A stretch of 64,000 nucleotides of DNA from a virus (taxonomy: Duplodnaviria > Caudoviricetes). Location of the stretch: IMG/VR virus record IMGVR_UViG_3300024259_000011; one strand, given 5' to 3'. Position 1 is the first letter of the stretch, and every line of letters starts with the position of its first letter. Position numbers and translations under genes: made by a program. Below are positions 1-10,073 of this stretch, piece by piece. The notes below the pieces were generated by a model. That model worked only from the letters and a program-made list of their open reading frames with translations. It made no database searches and had not been told where the DNA came from.

Positions 1-3000
1 CCGATCCCAGTCAAAGGTTGGTTGACCGTTGATGTTGGGGCTATAAGAGTTAATCTGGCGTTTTCCATTTGGTGCCATCTTACCACCATCGGGACCGCCT
101 TCAACCGGATAAGAAATGCCATCTGGAAATGGTACGGAGAGGTGTGTGCCCGGGTCGGAGCGATCTGCTTTTGTCTCGTCATGACCAAAGATGTGAGTTC
201 GATCAACTGGGATCTGGTTTCTGTGACAAACGTTTGCGATTAAGAATGCTAAGTTTTCATATACTGCATCATTATAAATAGATCCCGGGCTGTTTGACTC
301 TTGTTCCGGAATGCCGCTGATCTCGACTTGAACTGCGCCGGTGTTGTTGCCGCCGGGAACGGATTTATCTTTGTCCATGGAGACACCCCAAGCATCTCTG
401 CGATATTCTCCGGCGCTCAAGCCTCCGGCGCCGTTTGCAACAGCACTCTCTTTTACGAATTGGAACACCCAACCGCCCTGATTAATGCCGTAGTGAGTGC
501 TGCCCAATCCGGAGCCGTCGTCAAAGTCAGAGCCGCCGGCGGTCTGGTTATTGCCGGCTGTTGTATGAACAATAAAATGAGTGATATCTGCTGGGGTTCT
601 GTTCCGTTCGCTCCACCTGTTGGCGTGTGCCGGATACCAGCCGCCTTGATCGTTTGGGTTGCGACCGCCATCAAAGTTAATGTAACTGAATGGCGGATAA
701 GCGTCTAGGGAAGCGGCGCCGCCTTGTGCTACTCCGCCGCCCTCGGCGGGTGTAGTGCCGTCAGCAGGCGGGGGATCTTCAGCGCTGGCTGCGCCAGAAG
801 TATCAGTCTCTTCCACTGGGTCAGAACCGAAGTAGGCATCTGGGTCTGGGATGTCGGCTGAGCCGTCTGAGTATTCGTCTGTTGCCGCGTCAACATCTGA
901 CGCTCCGCTGCCGCCGCTGTCGTATCCTAGTTCCGTAGCGGCTGCTTGAGCTACATGTGACGCGGCTTTGCCTGCATCTGCGATATCTCCCATTCCTGAA
1001 AAAGCGCTCACCATGCTAGGTGCGGTTTGAACAGCCATCATATATGCTTCCAAGGAGATTGTCTGCATAGCAGGGTTTCTCTCGGCAACACGGTTCCATG
1101 ATTCAATGCGTTCAATAGCTTCTTGAATCTGTTTACCGAATGTTTCATAGCTTAAGTTGTTCAAAGCGCCACCTTCAGCAGCTTGTTCATAAGCAAGAGG
1201 GCTGAATCGATTAAAGTTTTTAATGATATCCCAGCGGGTACTCTTCCAACAAGGAGTATGCTCTTCTGCGTTCAGCCAGTCCCACCATGTCATAGAATAT
1301 CGAACTTGAGACTTGATCGGCGGGACCATCGGTTCTTCTCTTGGGAACGCTCGGCTGGTTACATCTTTCACTTCGTCTATAACCTCGGCTGCAACACCGA
1401 AACCATCAGCTATATCTTCCATGAGTTCATCACCAGTAAGATCTGCTACAAGATCTGCAGCCTTACCTCCCAGATCGACAGCTTCTTCTAAGGAGAGTCC
1501 GTTACAAGGCGCATCAATCAAAGTTGGATCCCAGCCCTCACATTCGCAACGTGGATCTGGATCTCCCTCTTCGCAGAACCATTTTAGCCCAAAATAACCA
1601 GAACTCCAATCTTCAACACGCTCGGTGGTGGACTCGAACCCGGGCTCAGGCAGATAAGATGGCGAGTCAGCTTCTGTAGATAGCTCTCCGATATAAGGCG
1701 CTGTGCCCTTTGGAGCAAGGAACTCAAGCTCCTCCCTCACACGACCGGGCGGTTTCTCCGAAGACACTCTATAGTCTTCAAAGCCACTGCCCATCAATCC
1801 GAAAGCCGGAATAATATTCTTGAATCCCATTTTGACATAATCTTCTATTGCTGTAACAAAATCCGTAGCCTTCAATGCGTTCTGACCGCGCACAGACCGA
1901 AGGAACACCTCGCCTGTGGAATCATTAACATAGACATCAGACTTTCCATTGGTGGAAAGTATTTGGCATATTGACCAATCAACCTTAGAAAAGCATGCAT
2001 AAGGGAATGAATCTTTATATCGAATGGCGACTGGAGTTTCTTCGCCGTCTAGCTCTGCGATAGTGTATGTCGCGCTAGGAAGCCATGGGTTTGTGAACCC
2101 TACCTGTAGGTGGTATTCCCTACCCGCCTTCATCATCGCTGACGTAAGATATTCTGCTTGGCGCGAGTACTTGTCTTTGTCACCCGGAGAGAGGTATCCC
2201 CATGTCGGCTCCATGACGATGCCTTTTGCTCCAGAGAGCGTAGCATAATCTACTACGGTGTCAATAAACTTAGCTGCCTTGCCGGGATAAGGCTTGCCGG
2301 ATACATAAACTCGGACACCGCCCAGTTGAAACATGCGTGCATATGCCATAAATACATTCTTTTGGGCGTATCTGTCTCTCGCATCGCCCTCATATTGTTC
2401 AACACATTCCATCACAACGTACCCAAGGTTTGCCCAGAGCGCTCGCTTAAGCGCAGCCATAGGCTGGGGCATTTTGGGATCTAGAAGCGAAGCCCTGCTA
2501 ATAAATACTCCCTTGTGATTGTACGGCGAAGCAATTGTATTCAAACTGCCATCTGGGTTGCGACCCGGGGCGACTTGAGAAAGCGTAGTGATTGAGGTCA
2601 TGATCTCTAGCATGCAGTCCCAATCGCAATCCTCTGGGAACATGAACGGGTTAACGTCTTCGTTTGAGACCTCTTCACCACCAACAGCGTCACCCTCTCC
2701 ACCTTTCGCGTCGAGGGCTGCAGAGCCGCCGGCGTCTGAGGGTGGGCATGAGCCGCCCTTCTTAAGACCGCCATCAGCTTCGCGAGTCACAACGTTGGCA
2801 AGAATCTCTCCGGCGCTATGTGGGTCGCCGTTAGCAATGCTAACTATTACAGCATCACCACATTCGGGCTTCTCAATATTTTGTGAAGAAGCATAGTATG
2901 TTGGATGCATGTTGATCCAGAACTGGTGCTTGCCCTTAGCTCCGTCGCATCCATATTTTTCAGGTGCGGGGATCCCTGCGTGAAGAGTCGGGATACGCGC

Positions 3001-3288
3001 CTTGATTTTAATTGTTTCTGGTATATCGGTCTCTAAGATCTCTTTATACCAAGCTTTCATCCAACTAGTGCCCGGAACTTTATTAGATTCCGTGTCCACA
3101 CGAAGGACAATAGCCTTCTGTGGTCCAGAAGGCTTGTTCTTGGGGGTCGCAGTGTCAATTGCGTTCTGCCTAAGCTGAGACATCAGGCTGGTGCGCTGAT
3201 TGCTGCTTATTGCACGATTTGTTGTGTTCTTCTTACCCGAGTTTAGTTTGCCCCAAACTAGGTCTTTGAACGGTCCTTTCTTCCCCAT
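1..3288 (-). CDS. Large multi-domain virion-associated lysin (gp5/VgrG-like OB-fold N-terminus, possible TIM-barrel middle, acidic linker, Amidase_2 C-terminus); 3' end truncated by the window edge
   Basis: Absent from the ORF track because it has no stop in the window. Hand translation from ATG 3288 (MGKKGPFKDLVWGK) stays open to base 1. C-terminus has HFIVHTTAG, STHYGINQGGWVFQFV, AVQVEISG, IFGHDET, SDPG and FDW, typical of zinc N-acetylmuramoyl-L-alanine amidases. Confidence 0.8.
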   Translation of the reverse strand, partial: MGKKGPFKDLVWGKLNSGKKNTTNRAISSNQRTSLMSQLRQNAIDTATPKNKPSGPQKAIVLRVDTESNKVPGTSWMKAWYKEILETDIPETIKIKARIPTLHAGIPAPEKYGCDGAKGKHQFWINMHPTYYASSQNIEKPECGDAVIVSIANGDPHSAGEILANVVTREADGGLKKGGSCPPSDAGGSAALDAKGGEGDAVGGEEVSNEDVNPFMFPEDCDWDCMLEIMTSITTLSQVAPGRNPDGSLNTIASPYNHKGVFISRASLLDPKMPQPMAALKRALWANLGYVVMECVEQYEGDARDRYAQKNVFMAYARMFQLGGVRVYVSGKPYPGKAAKFIDTVVDYATLSGAKGIVMEPTWGYLSPGDKDKYSRQAEYLTSAMMKAGREYHLQVGFTNPWLPSATYTIAELDGEETPVAIRYKDSFPYACFSKVDWSICQILSTNGKSDVYVNDSTGEVFLRSVRGQNALKATDFVTAIEDYVKMGFKNIIPAFGLMGSGFEDYRVSSEKPPGRVREELEFLAPKGTAPYIGELSTEADSPSYLPEPGFESTTERVEDWSSGYFGLKWFCEEGDPDPRCECEGWDPTLIDAPCNGLSLEEAVDLGGKAADLVADLTGDELMEDIADGFGVAAEVIDEVKDVTSRAFPREEPMVPPIKSQVRYSMTWWDWLNAEEHTPCWKSTRWDIIKNFNRFSPLAYEQAAEGGALNNLSYETFGKQIQEAIERIESWNRVAERNPAMQTISLEAYMMAVQTAPSMVSAFSGMGDIADAGKAASHVAQAAATELGYDSGGSGASDVDAATDEYSDGSADIPDPDAYFGSDPVEETDTSGAASAEDPPPADGTTPAEGGGVAQGGAASLDAYPPFSYINFDGGRNPNDQGGWYPAHANRWSERNRTPADITHFIVHTTAGNNQTAGGSDFDDGSGLGSTHYGINQGGWVFQFVKESAVANGAGGLSAGEYRRDAWGVSMDKDKSVPGGNNTGAVQVEISGIPEQESNSPGSIYNDAVYENLAFLIANVCHRNQIPVDRTHIFGHDETKADRSDPGTHLSVPFPDGISYPVEGGPDGGKMAPNGKRQINSYSPNINGQPTFDWDR

Positions 3289-3292
3289 GCCA

Positions 3293-3589
3293 TTATGATT
3301 CCTTTATCAGATCGTATATCTTGTCTTTATCCATGTCGGTCAAGGAAGCGGTAGTGGAATCCCCTTGACGCTTAAGTAAAAGTCCCGATATTTTAACCAG
3401 TTGCTCATTAGAGCGTTGGAGGGTTTCGACATATTTTGCGGCTGTAAGCCCAACGTCGCGGTGAGTAGACTCACCCTTCGCAAGAAACTGAATAATATCG
3501 TCTAAAAGCTCTTTTGTAACATCACGATCTTCACGGATATTGTCAATAGCTTCTTCTAGATAATCATCGATGTTCTGCTTCTTGCTCAT
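3293..3589 (-). CDS. Hypothetical helical/coiled-coil protein
   Basis: 98-aa ORF overlapping the sigma gene stop (ATGA coupling). Confidence 0.7.
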   Translation of the reverse strand: MSKKQNIDDYLEEAIDNIREDRDVTKELLDDIIQFLAKGESTHRDVGLTAAKYVETLQRSNEQLVKISGLLLKRQGDSTTASLTDMDKDKIYDLIKES

Positions 3590-4272
3590 AATTTCCCCTC
3601 ATCCCAGTCTTTCTTAAAAGTTCTGTATTTCGCCCTCATTTTGTTGAGGTTGTTTACAATCTGTTTTGTGTTTAGACCGGTAATCTCTCTAATGTATAAA
3701 TAAATAGCTTTCTTATTGAAAATTTCAATCGAATCTGGGTTGTCTAAGAGGATCTTTATCGCTTCTAATACTTTTTTCTCATTTGGTTTGAGGTTTCCGG
3801 TGTCCCATGACTCCATTTCCTTCCATAAGTTTTCCCAAAACTCCCTTTCAGTACGCTTAGCATAATAGCCGTGAGTGACGACTAACTTCTCATCTAAGAT
3901 CGGTCTGACCATCACATCCGTAATCGAGATTTCAACTCGGCGTGCTTTTGAGTTCTTTTTAACCTTTGCGATAAACCAGTTCTTTGTGATCACCGAAAAA
4001 TACGAAAAAGCTTTAGAGCCCTTGGACGGGTCGAACTTCTGTAAGATCGTGGTAAGCCAAATCTTACATTCATCCCTTAGGGAATCAATATTCGGCAGTG
4101 TGGTAAATCTGTATGTGAAAACTATCTTGTCAACCATCTCGCTAAAGACTGGACCAATATAGTTGTTGTATAAATATTCTCTTTCATCCAAGTCTGTAGT
4201 ATTATTGAAATCAATAATTGCCTGTTCATGGACTTTAGTAAAATATGCTGTTTTTCTACGGCGCTTCGCCAT
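3586..4272 (-). CDS. Phage RNA polymerase sigma factor, T4 gp55-like (late transcription)
   Basis: Region-2-like segment LQKFDPSKGSKAFSYFSVITKNWF, N-terminal YFT motif and C-terminal HTH-like segment (YIREITGLNTKQIVNNLNKMR). Confidence 0.75.
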   Translation of the reverse strand: MAKRRRKTAYFTKVHEQAIIDFNNTTDLDEREYLYNNYIGPVFSEMVDKIVFTYRFTTLPNIDSLRDECKIWLTTILQKFDPSKGSKAFSYFSVITKNWFIAKVKKNSKARRVEISITDVMVRPILDEKLVVTHGYYAKRTEREFWENLWKEMESWDTGNLKPNEKKVLEAIKILLDNPDSIEIFNKKAIYLYIREITGLNTKQIVNNLNKMRAKYRTFKKDWDEGKL

Positions 4273-4600
4273 CTTCAACTTCTCCTTCTTCCTGTTCTGC
4301 AGCGCCTAGATTTTCATATCCATCCGCTATTGTGTAAATCTCATCAAATTCTTGAAGCATAGTCACAACTAGCGTAGAGTGCTCTAACAGGGCTTGGAGG
4401 GTTTGGTCACCATAGAATGTTTCCATACCATGTACTGCGTCTAAGTGTTCTGTAAACTTCCTCATAACTTCGTTCACCTCACCTAAGTTGCTTGAAACAA
4501 AAAGCAGCTTGGTTAATAAATTCCGAATGAACCAAAGCGCTACAACATTTAGTGTCGCAGAGACGACCAACAACGTTATTATTATTTGTAATGTGGTCAT
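4256..4600 (-). CDS. Hypothetical protein with N-terminal membrane anchor and acidic tail
   Basis: Hydrophobic first 25 aa; coupled to both neighbours. Confidence 0.7.
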   Translation of the reverse strand: MTTLQIIITLLVVSATLNVVALWFIRNLLTKLLFVSSNLGEVNEVMRKFTEHLDAVHGMETFYGDQTLQALLEHSTLVVTMLQEFDEIYTIADGYENLGAAEQEEGEVEDGEAP

Positions 4601-4872
4601 TTTTTCTCCTTATAATCTTTTCCACGCAAGTCGGCTTTTTCTTGTGCCAACTCTTCACGCGCATCTTGGATGTGTTGTTCAACTAGCTCTCCGACTTTCT
4701 GACCGGTCGGAGCAGACATAGCTGTGCCTGCCTTTATAAACGTAATGGCAGGAACACGGACCAATGTGGATTTTTCATCACACTGATCACAATCTGTTAG
4801 GCACTCTTTCATAGAGTGAACTGTTTCCAGTGTGAAATCGCATTTTTCACACCGGTATGTATACCTCGGCAT
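4597..4872 (-). CDS. FmdB-family zinc-ribbon protein
   Basis: MPRYTYRCEKC...CDQC motif. Confidence 0.8.
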   Translation of the reverse strand: MPRYTYRCEKCDFTLETVHSMKECLTDCDQCDEKSTLVRVPAITFIKAGTAMSAPTGQKVGELVEQHIQDAREELAQEKADLRGKDYKEKK

Positions 4873-4878
4873 ATGCGG

Positions 4879-5094
4879 CTAATCCTTGTCGGGACCGCTA
4901 TCCGTATCTGGTGCCCGGGTGGTGGGCGGGTTTGAGACAACGAGCCTTGAGTCGTCGTCAAAAACAAAATTAAACCCCCTAAGCACCGGAACGATATCGC
5001 TCTGGTCCAGTAGTGAGTTTTGGAGCGCTAGCATAACGGCTCCGAGTGCTTGGTCAGACAAATTAAGTGTCTTCATGGTTGTGGACATATTCAT
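4879..5094 (-). CDS. Hypothetical protein
   Basis: 71-aa ORF preceded by AAGGAG ribosome-binding site. Confidence 0.65.
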   Translation of the reverse strand: MNMSTTMKTLNLSDQALGAVMLALQNSLLDQSDIVPVLRGFNFVFDDDSRLVVSNPPTTRAPDTDSGPDKD

Positions 5095-5101
5095 ATTCTC
5101 C

Positions 5102-6073
5102 TTATAGTTCCTTTACCCATCGGTCGATCATGTCATCCAGAAGTGTTTCAAATGTATATTCTGGTTTCCAGCCCAAGACATCTACAGCCTTAGAAGGATC
5201 CCCCTTAAGATACTTAAGTTCTTCAGGACGCATATACTTTGGATTCTGAATGACATAATCTTCGTAGTTCATTTCCAACTTGGTGAAGACTCTTTCTACA
5301 AGATTTCTTACAGAATGTGTCTCCCCAGTTGCAACAATAAATTCGTCCGGCTCATGATGGTTCATAATCATGTGCATCGCACGAACATAATCTTTTGAGT
5401 GTCCCCAGTCTCGATAGGAGTCTAGGTTACCCAATTCAAGTTTATCTCTCAGCCCCTTTTTGATTTGCACAGCAGTCTTCACAACCTTGTTTGTCACAAA
5501 GTTTGAGCCGCGTCGAGGGGATTCGTGATTAAACAGAATACCATTACATGCGTGAAGTCCGTATGCATGGCGATAATGTCTAACCAAGTTGTACCCCATG
5601 ACCTTTGCGCAGCCATAAGGACTGACAGGGTTCATGGGGGTAGTGAGGCGCTGTACGCCATCGGCGTCAACAGAGTTGCCGAACATCTCTGAAGAGCTTG
5701 CCTGATAGAAGCCAGCATTAGGAACGAAAGAGCGATAGACTTCCAACATATTCAGCACACCCAAAGCATTTGTTTGGATAGTAAACGATGGCATGTCATA
5801 ACTGATTCGTACATGGCTCATAGCTCCAAGGTTATAAATCTCATCAGGGCGGGTTTCCGACACAATACGGACCAGAGAAGGGTAATCAGTTAGATCCCCG
5901 TAGTGCGTGTGAATCTGCCCCTGCAAGTGCTGAATGCGGCTGTCTTGATTCTCTGAAACAGATGACCTTCGGATGATTCCGTGGACCTCGTAGTTCTTTT
6001 CTAACAGCAGTTCAGATAGGTAGCTTCCATCCTGTCCTGCGATTCCTGTGATTAATGCTTTCTTTTTGCTCAT
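5102..6073 (-). CDS. gmd: GDP-mannose 4,6-dehydratase
   Basis: ALITGIAGQDGSYL, SPYGCAK, GILFNHESPRRG and RDWGH motifs. Confidence 0.95.
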   Translation of the reverse strand: MSKKKALITGIAGQDGSYLSELLLEKNYEVHGIIRRSSVSENQDSRIQHLQGQIHTHYGDLTDYPSLVRIVSETRPDEIYNLGAMSHVRISYDMPSFTIQTNALGVLNMLEVYRSFVPNAGFYQASSSEMFGNSVDADGVQRLTTPMNPVSPYGCAKVMGYNLVRHYRHAYGLHACNGILFNHESPRRGSNFVTNKVVKTAVQIKKGLRDKLELGNLDSYRDWGHSKDYVRAMHMIMNHHEPDEFIVATGETHSVRNLVERVFTKLEMNYEDYVIQNPKYMRPEELKYLKGDPSKAVDVLGWKPEYTFETLLDDMIDRWVKEL

Positions 6074-6717
6074 TTAAGTTCCTTGTAGTATCCACCAACA
6101 GTAAAAGAAGTGCCACGGGTAGCTGACTTCTTCGCCTTTGATGGGTCGTATTTGTTAAGTGGTAAAATTCTAAAATCAAATGATACGCGGGTCTGACCCG
6201 AATCATTAATCATGTTGCCGTGATTGAGCTTCCCCCCGTCCCAGACTGTAAACTCGCCCTGATTCATTTCTATTGGCGCAAAGTCACCAAGACCCGGCAC
6301 AGATTCACTCCATGTTGCGTTCGTACCAAACATATCGGTCACAGCAATCTGGATGTTGATCTCTCCCTCTGGGTGATTATATCCGGGTTGTGAATCACAA
6401 TGGAATTCGGGCACTGCCCAGTTGCCCACCAAATGTACACGGAACGTAGGGAGGGTTTGGTAAATAAAGTCTCTACTTCCGTAAATCGGTACAATGACTT
6501 CTTTGACAAAGAGATCATAAGTGTCATGGAAGTCTGACCAACCTGATCGGAGCTTGTCATAAAACCGGTCATGCAACACGGTATTGGAGTTGTTTTCCAT
6601 AGTAAATGGTTCGTAGGTATAATGTTTATGTAGGTTCTCCAAATCCTCATGCCCCAAAGCCTCGCAAACCAATGCGCGGAGAGGGTAATTCTCTACATCA
6701 TATGTCTTTTTTTTCAT
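6070..6717 (-). CDS. StrG-like putative 2OG-Fe(II) dioxygenase / double-stranded beta-helix protein
   Basis: PTFRVH, FHCD, HPEGEIN, LNHGN and RVSFDFRI pattern. Confidence 0.6.
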   Translation of the reverse strand: MKKKTYDVENYPLRALVCEALGHEDLENLHKHYTYEPFTMENNSNTVLHDRFYDKLRSGWSDFHDTYDLFVKEVIVPIYGSRDFIYQTLPTFRVHLVGNWAVPEFHCDSQPGYNHPEGEINIQIAVTDMFGTNATWSESVPGLGDFAPIEMNQGEFTVWDGGKLNHGNMINDSGQTRVSFDFRILPLNKYDPSKAKKSATRGTSFTVGGYYKELK

Positions 6718-7136
6718 TGTTTCTCCTCGATATAAGTCTTGTCTTTTTCGACGCCAAAATAGGGACCGGTCTTGAACTCATATAAAATAGTGCCCTCTTC
6801 TAAAACCTCAAAGCTGTGACCACCACGGAACACAATTGCGGCATCGCCTTCGCCCAACTCTGTCTCATAAATCAATTGATCGTCGATATCCCAGAACCTA
6901 GCAGCAACGCGACCCTTCAAAAACACCCAAGCCTCTTGGGTAATATCTGTCGTTCGGATTATCTCGTTGTGGCGGTGAGGTGCAAAGGTGGTTCCCTTGG
7001 AAAGCTTCTTGGTTGCACACTGTAAGTATTGATCGTCTGGACTAAGATCGGCGCGGTTGACACCGATTTCGTCGCCCCGGTTAATAACCAGCAGCAGCGT
7101 GCCGGGGTCTGCTGCAGAATGGACATGAATCATCAT
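6714..7136 (-). CDS. Cupin-family sugar isomerase-like protein
   Basis: PHRH...EAW and GGHSF cupin motifs. Confidence 0.65.
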   Translation of the reverse strand: MMIHVHSAADPGTLLLVINRGDEIGVNRADLSPDDQYLQCATKKLSKGTTFAPHRHNEIIRTTDITQEAWVFLKGRVAARFWDIDDQLIYETELGEGDAAIVFRGGHSFEVLEEGTILYEFKTGPYFGVEKDKTYIEEKQ

Positions 7137-8248
7137 TTTCTCCTGTAGAATTCTTTAATTACATCGCAGACATATAAAATCTGCTTCTCTGTTAGCGCGG
7201 CAAAAGAGGGCAGGCACACGCCATGGTTACGGGCGTGTTCGGCAACCTCAAAATGCTTGCGGTTGTGGCGCTCGTCATCAGCCCAGATGTCAAAACAGGG
7301 CTGTAGATGGAGCGGGTGAAAAAAGGTTCTTGGCTCAACGCCATTCATAGACATAAAGCCCATCAAATGTTCGCTCGGATGGCTTCGGGTGCGCAAGATA
7401 ACTCGGAACGGCACATACGGCTCTACCTTTTCAGCCGGAGACAAAAGCTCAACCTCTTCAACATCTGCTAGCGCTTCTTTATAAAGGCTGTAGTTTTTCT
7501 GCTTTTTCTCGATGATTTCGGGCAGCTTCTTTAGCTGAGCCAAACCGATTGCCGCTTGTACGTCATTCATCCGAAAGTTGTATCCGATTGCTGGGTGTTC
7601 AAAAGTGCCTCTATGGAGACGACCTTGGTTTCTCAGAAGAAGAAGTTTATTATAGATCTCTTCGTCGTCTGTCGTTACAAAGCCGCCCTCGCAGGTGGTT
7701 AAAGTCTTGTCTGCAAAGAAAGAAAAGGATCCGGTGTCTCCAAAGCTTCCGCAGCCTTGACCGTCCCACTTAATACTTAGTGCCTGAGCAGCGTCTTCGA
7801 TAACCATTAGGTTCCTTTCTTCTGCGTACTTCATGATCTCCGTCATGTTTGCTGCAAATCCATAGATATGAACCGGCATAATTGCCTTAGTTTTGTCGGT
7901 GCGTACACGCTCGCAATCGTCAATGCGAAGTTGCAAGTCGTGACATCCAACGTCAACAAATACGGGGCGGGCACCAACCATTTCGACGGCGTTTGCGGAG
8001 GCAATAAATGTGAAGTCTGGCACAATGACTTCATCGCCGGGACCGATACCCATCGCCCGTAAAGCGAGGTAAAGCGACAAAGTGCCATTTGGAGCGAAAA
8101 CACCGTATTTACTTCCAATTATTTCAAGCAATTTCTCGCTAAACTCTGCTGCCTTCGGACCTTCTGTAATCCAGTTGTCTTCAAAGCAGCTTTTAATAGC
8201 TTCATATTCTTCCATGCCAATGTAAGGCATAAACTGTGGAACTCTCAT
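7133..8248 (-). CDS. DegT/DnrJ/EryC1/StrS PLP aminotransferase (perosamine synthase-like)
   Basis: NGTLSLYLAL, VIEDAAQ, FSFFADKTLTTCEGG and GYNFRM motifs. Confidence 0.9.
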   Translation of the reverse strand: MRVPQFMPYIGMEEYEAIKSCFEDNWITEGPKAAEFSEKLLEIIGSKYGVFAPNGTLSLYLALRAMGIGPGDEVIVPDFTFIASANAVEMVGARPVFVDVGCHDLQLRIDDCERVRTDKTKAIMPVHIYGFAANMTEIMKYAEERNLMVIEDAAQALSIKWDGQGCGSFGDTGSFSFFADKTLTTCEGGFVTTDDEEIYNKLLLLRNQGRLHRGTFEHPAIGYNFRMNDVQAAIGLAQLKKLPEIIEKKQKNYSLYKEALADVEEVELLSPAEKVEPYVPFRVILRTRSHPSEHLMGFMSMNGVEPRTFFHPLHLQPCFDIWADDERHNRKHFEVAEHARNHGVCLPSFAALTEKQILYVCDVIKEFYRRK

Positions 8249-8709
8249 GTACCGTATTCCATCCTATAATTCGTGACATAATCACTGCATATTCCCAAAC
8301 ATCGGGATAAGTCTACTCTAGAGTATACCACGTTTTCTGGCATAACGCAAATGGTTTTCTCGTTTAATGTTTTTCCCGGGTATGCCCAAATCATGCCGGC
8401 AGAGGTTAATGTATAATCATCCTCTTGATGCCAGAACACGTTCCATCCTTTTTCGCGAGTAAAGTATGTGTATGTTTCTAAGTCTTTTGCGTGGATGAAC
8501 AGATGCCCTCGGCGTTCTTCAAACCATTCAATAGGCAACTTGTGTTCGCCGTAGTCATGACCCATGATAAACTGTCCGAGCATATTCCCCTTTCTAACGT
8601 CTATTTCGGCGTAGAAGCCTTCTGACAGGGCTTTGTCGATGTAGTCGGGGCTGTTCTCCAGTTCGGGCTTAGGACCGTCTGTGTTGCCTCTGTGGGCTAT
8701 ATACATCAT
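8245..8709 (-). CDS. Glycerophosphodiester phosphodiesterase-like (PLC-like) protein
   Basis: YIAHRGN...ENSP...EIDV and GICSDY motifs. Confidence 0.7.
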   Translation of the reverse strand: MMYIAHRGNTDGPKPELENSPDYIDKALSEGFYAEIDVRKGNMLGQFIMGHDYGEHKLPIEWFEERRGHLFIHAKDLETYTYFTREKGWNVFWHQEDDYTLTSAGMIWAYPGKTLNEKTICVMPENVVYSRVDLSRCLGICSDYVTNYRMEYGT

Positions 8710-9443
8710 TGTTCAAGACCTCCGTGGAGGCGCCGAACAAGCTGGAAGTCTTCAATCTCCCAGAAGTGAAACTTGAACTTATCTAACATGTTTTCTTTTT
8801 CTATGTGATATGGGATAACGTCGTGGTTTGACATGCGGCAGTTCCCCACATAAATATATTCTGGTACTTTCCGGACCAAATCTATCGTACGGTCCATGGC
8901 TTCGGAGCCGCCAAACAACCAATATTCCAGCACGCCTTCTACGGGCATGCCTTTGCTGTTAAAGGTGTCAAAGACTGTATCCTTCTCATGGCGACCGCAC
9001 CAGATAGAGTCACGGTCGAACTGGCTGAAATCCAAGGGCTTGAGCCACGCCACATCGAAACGAGATGTCATAACATAATCATATTTGAAGCCATGCTCTT
9101 TTTCGTAGTCGTCTTTAAGTCGTAGCACCTTTTCGTTAGAGTACCAACGACTCATGATTGAATGAAAGTGCCGTGGCACATCAGAGTGTACCTTCTTATC
9201 AAATCTATTCGCCAATGAATCAAAGTCAATCTGTTTTTGAAGCATATATTTTTTAGGGTCATAAAACTCTACCAGTTCTTCTTCAGCTTCAGTGCTCCAT
9301 GTGTGAAAGAACACATCGACTTCTTGACTTCCAAGGTTAATAATGTTGTCTTTGAAATATGGGACTGCCAGTTGCCAGTCAACGGGGAGCCCTTTGTCAT
9401 TCTTTCCGCCGGCAAGACCATTAAAACATAATGCAACTCTCAC
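8706..9443 (-). CDS. Putative glycosyltransferase-like protein
   Basis: RVALCFNG, DVFFHTW and YDYVMTSRFD pattern; glycan cluster context. Confidence 0.5.
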   Translation of the reverse strand: MRVALCFNGLAGGKNDKGLPVDWQLAVPYFKDNIINLGSQEVDVFFHTWSTEAEEELVEFYDPKKYMLQKQIDFDSLANRFDKKVHSDVPRHFHSIMSRWYSNEKVLRLKDDYEKEHGFKYDYVMTSRFDVAWLKPLDFSQFDRDSIWCGRHEKDTVFDTFNSKGMPVEGVLEYWLFGGSEAMDRTIDLVRKVPEYIYVGNCRMSNHDVIPYHIEKENMLDKFKFHFWEIEDFQLVRRLHGGLEQ

Positions 9444-10072
9444 TCTGCTCTCCTTGAAATATCAGCAACCAAGCCATAGTTAACATCGCGCCAGCTTTTG
9501 ACTTCATGTACAGAGGCACCAGTGGCGCGTGCAGCTTCAAGCCCTACTATAGAGTCCTCAAAGATAATACATTCGTCAAGGTCACACCCGATACGCGCTA
9601 GCATCATCAAAGCACGGATGTACGGCTCGGGATGTGGCTTCGGATTGATGACATCACTATTTGTAATAAGCACGTCGATGTATTTTGCAAAATCTAAGTG
9701 TTCCAATAACATACGGGTAGACTGACCATTAGCATTTGTTACAATGGCTATCTTCTTTTTCTGTTCTTTGAGGTACTTAAACATTTCTATCTTATCAAAG
9801 TAATGCTGAGGGTTTAGTTCTGCCATCAGTTCATTTGCAATCTGTTTCTTGTCTTCATAAATCGGATATACCTGATCCATGGTGATGTAACCCTTGTCAC
9901 AAAACTTGATAAGCTTAGCCTTAGTGGTGATTGTAGAGTTTACAATCTCCAAGTCACTAGGGTGCCTAACATTAAAGTCGCGGCGCCCAAGCGCTCGTAC
10001 AATCGAGCGAACCTGAATATCGGTAGTGTCAACGAGTACGCCATCAAAGTCAAAGATAAAAGCCTTATACAT
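9440..10072 (-). CDS. HAD-family phosphatase
   Basis: FDFDGVLVDT, VTN, KPHPEPY and FEDS motifs. Confidence 0.9.
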   Translation of the reverse strand: MYKAFIFDFDGVLVDTTDIQVRSIVRALGRRDFNVRHPSDLEIVNSTITTKAKLIKFCDKGYITMDQVYPIYEDKKQIANELMAELNPQHYFDKIEMFKYLKEQKKKIAIVTNANGQSTRMLLEHLDFAKYIDVLITNSDVINPKPHPEPYIRALMMLARIGCDLDECIIFEDSIVGLEAARATGASVHEVKSWRDVNYGLVADISRRAE

Positions 10073-10073
10073 G

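Noticed and set aside
1-3292. Apparent 3.3-kb gap in minus-strand ORFs suggesting stop-codon recoding
   Set aside because: Hand translation shows a single stop-free frame running off the window. TAA, TAG and TGA all end well-supported genes elsewhere, so the standard code fits.
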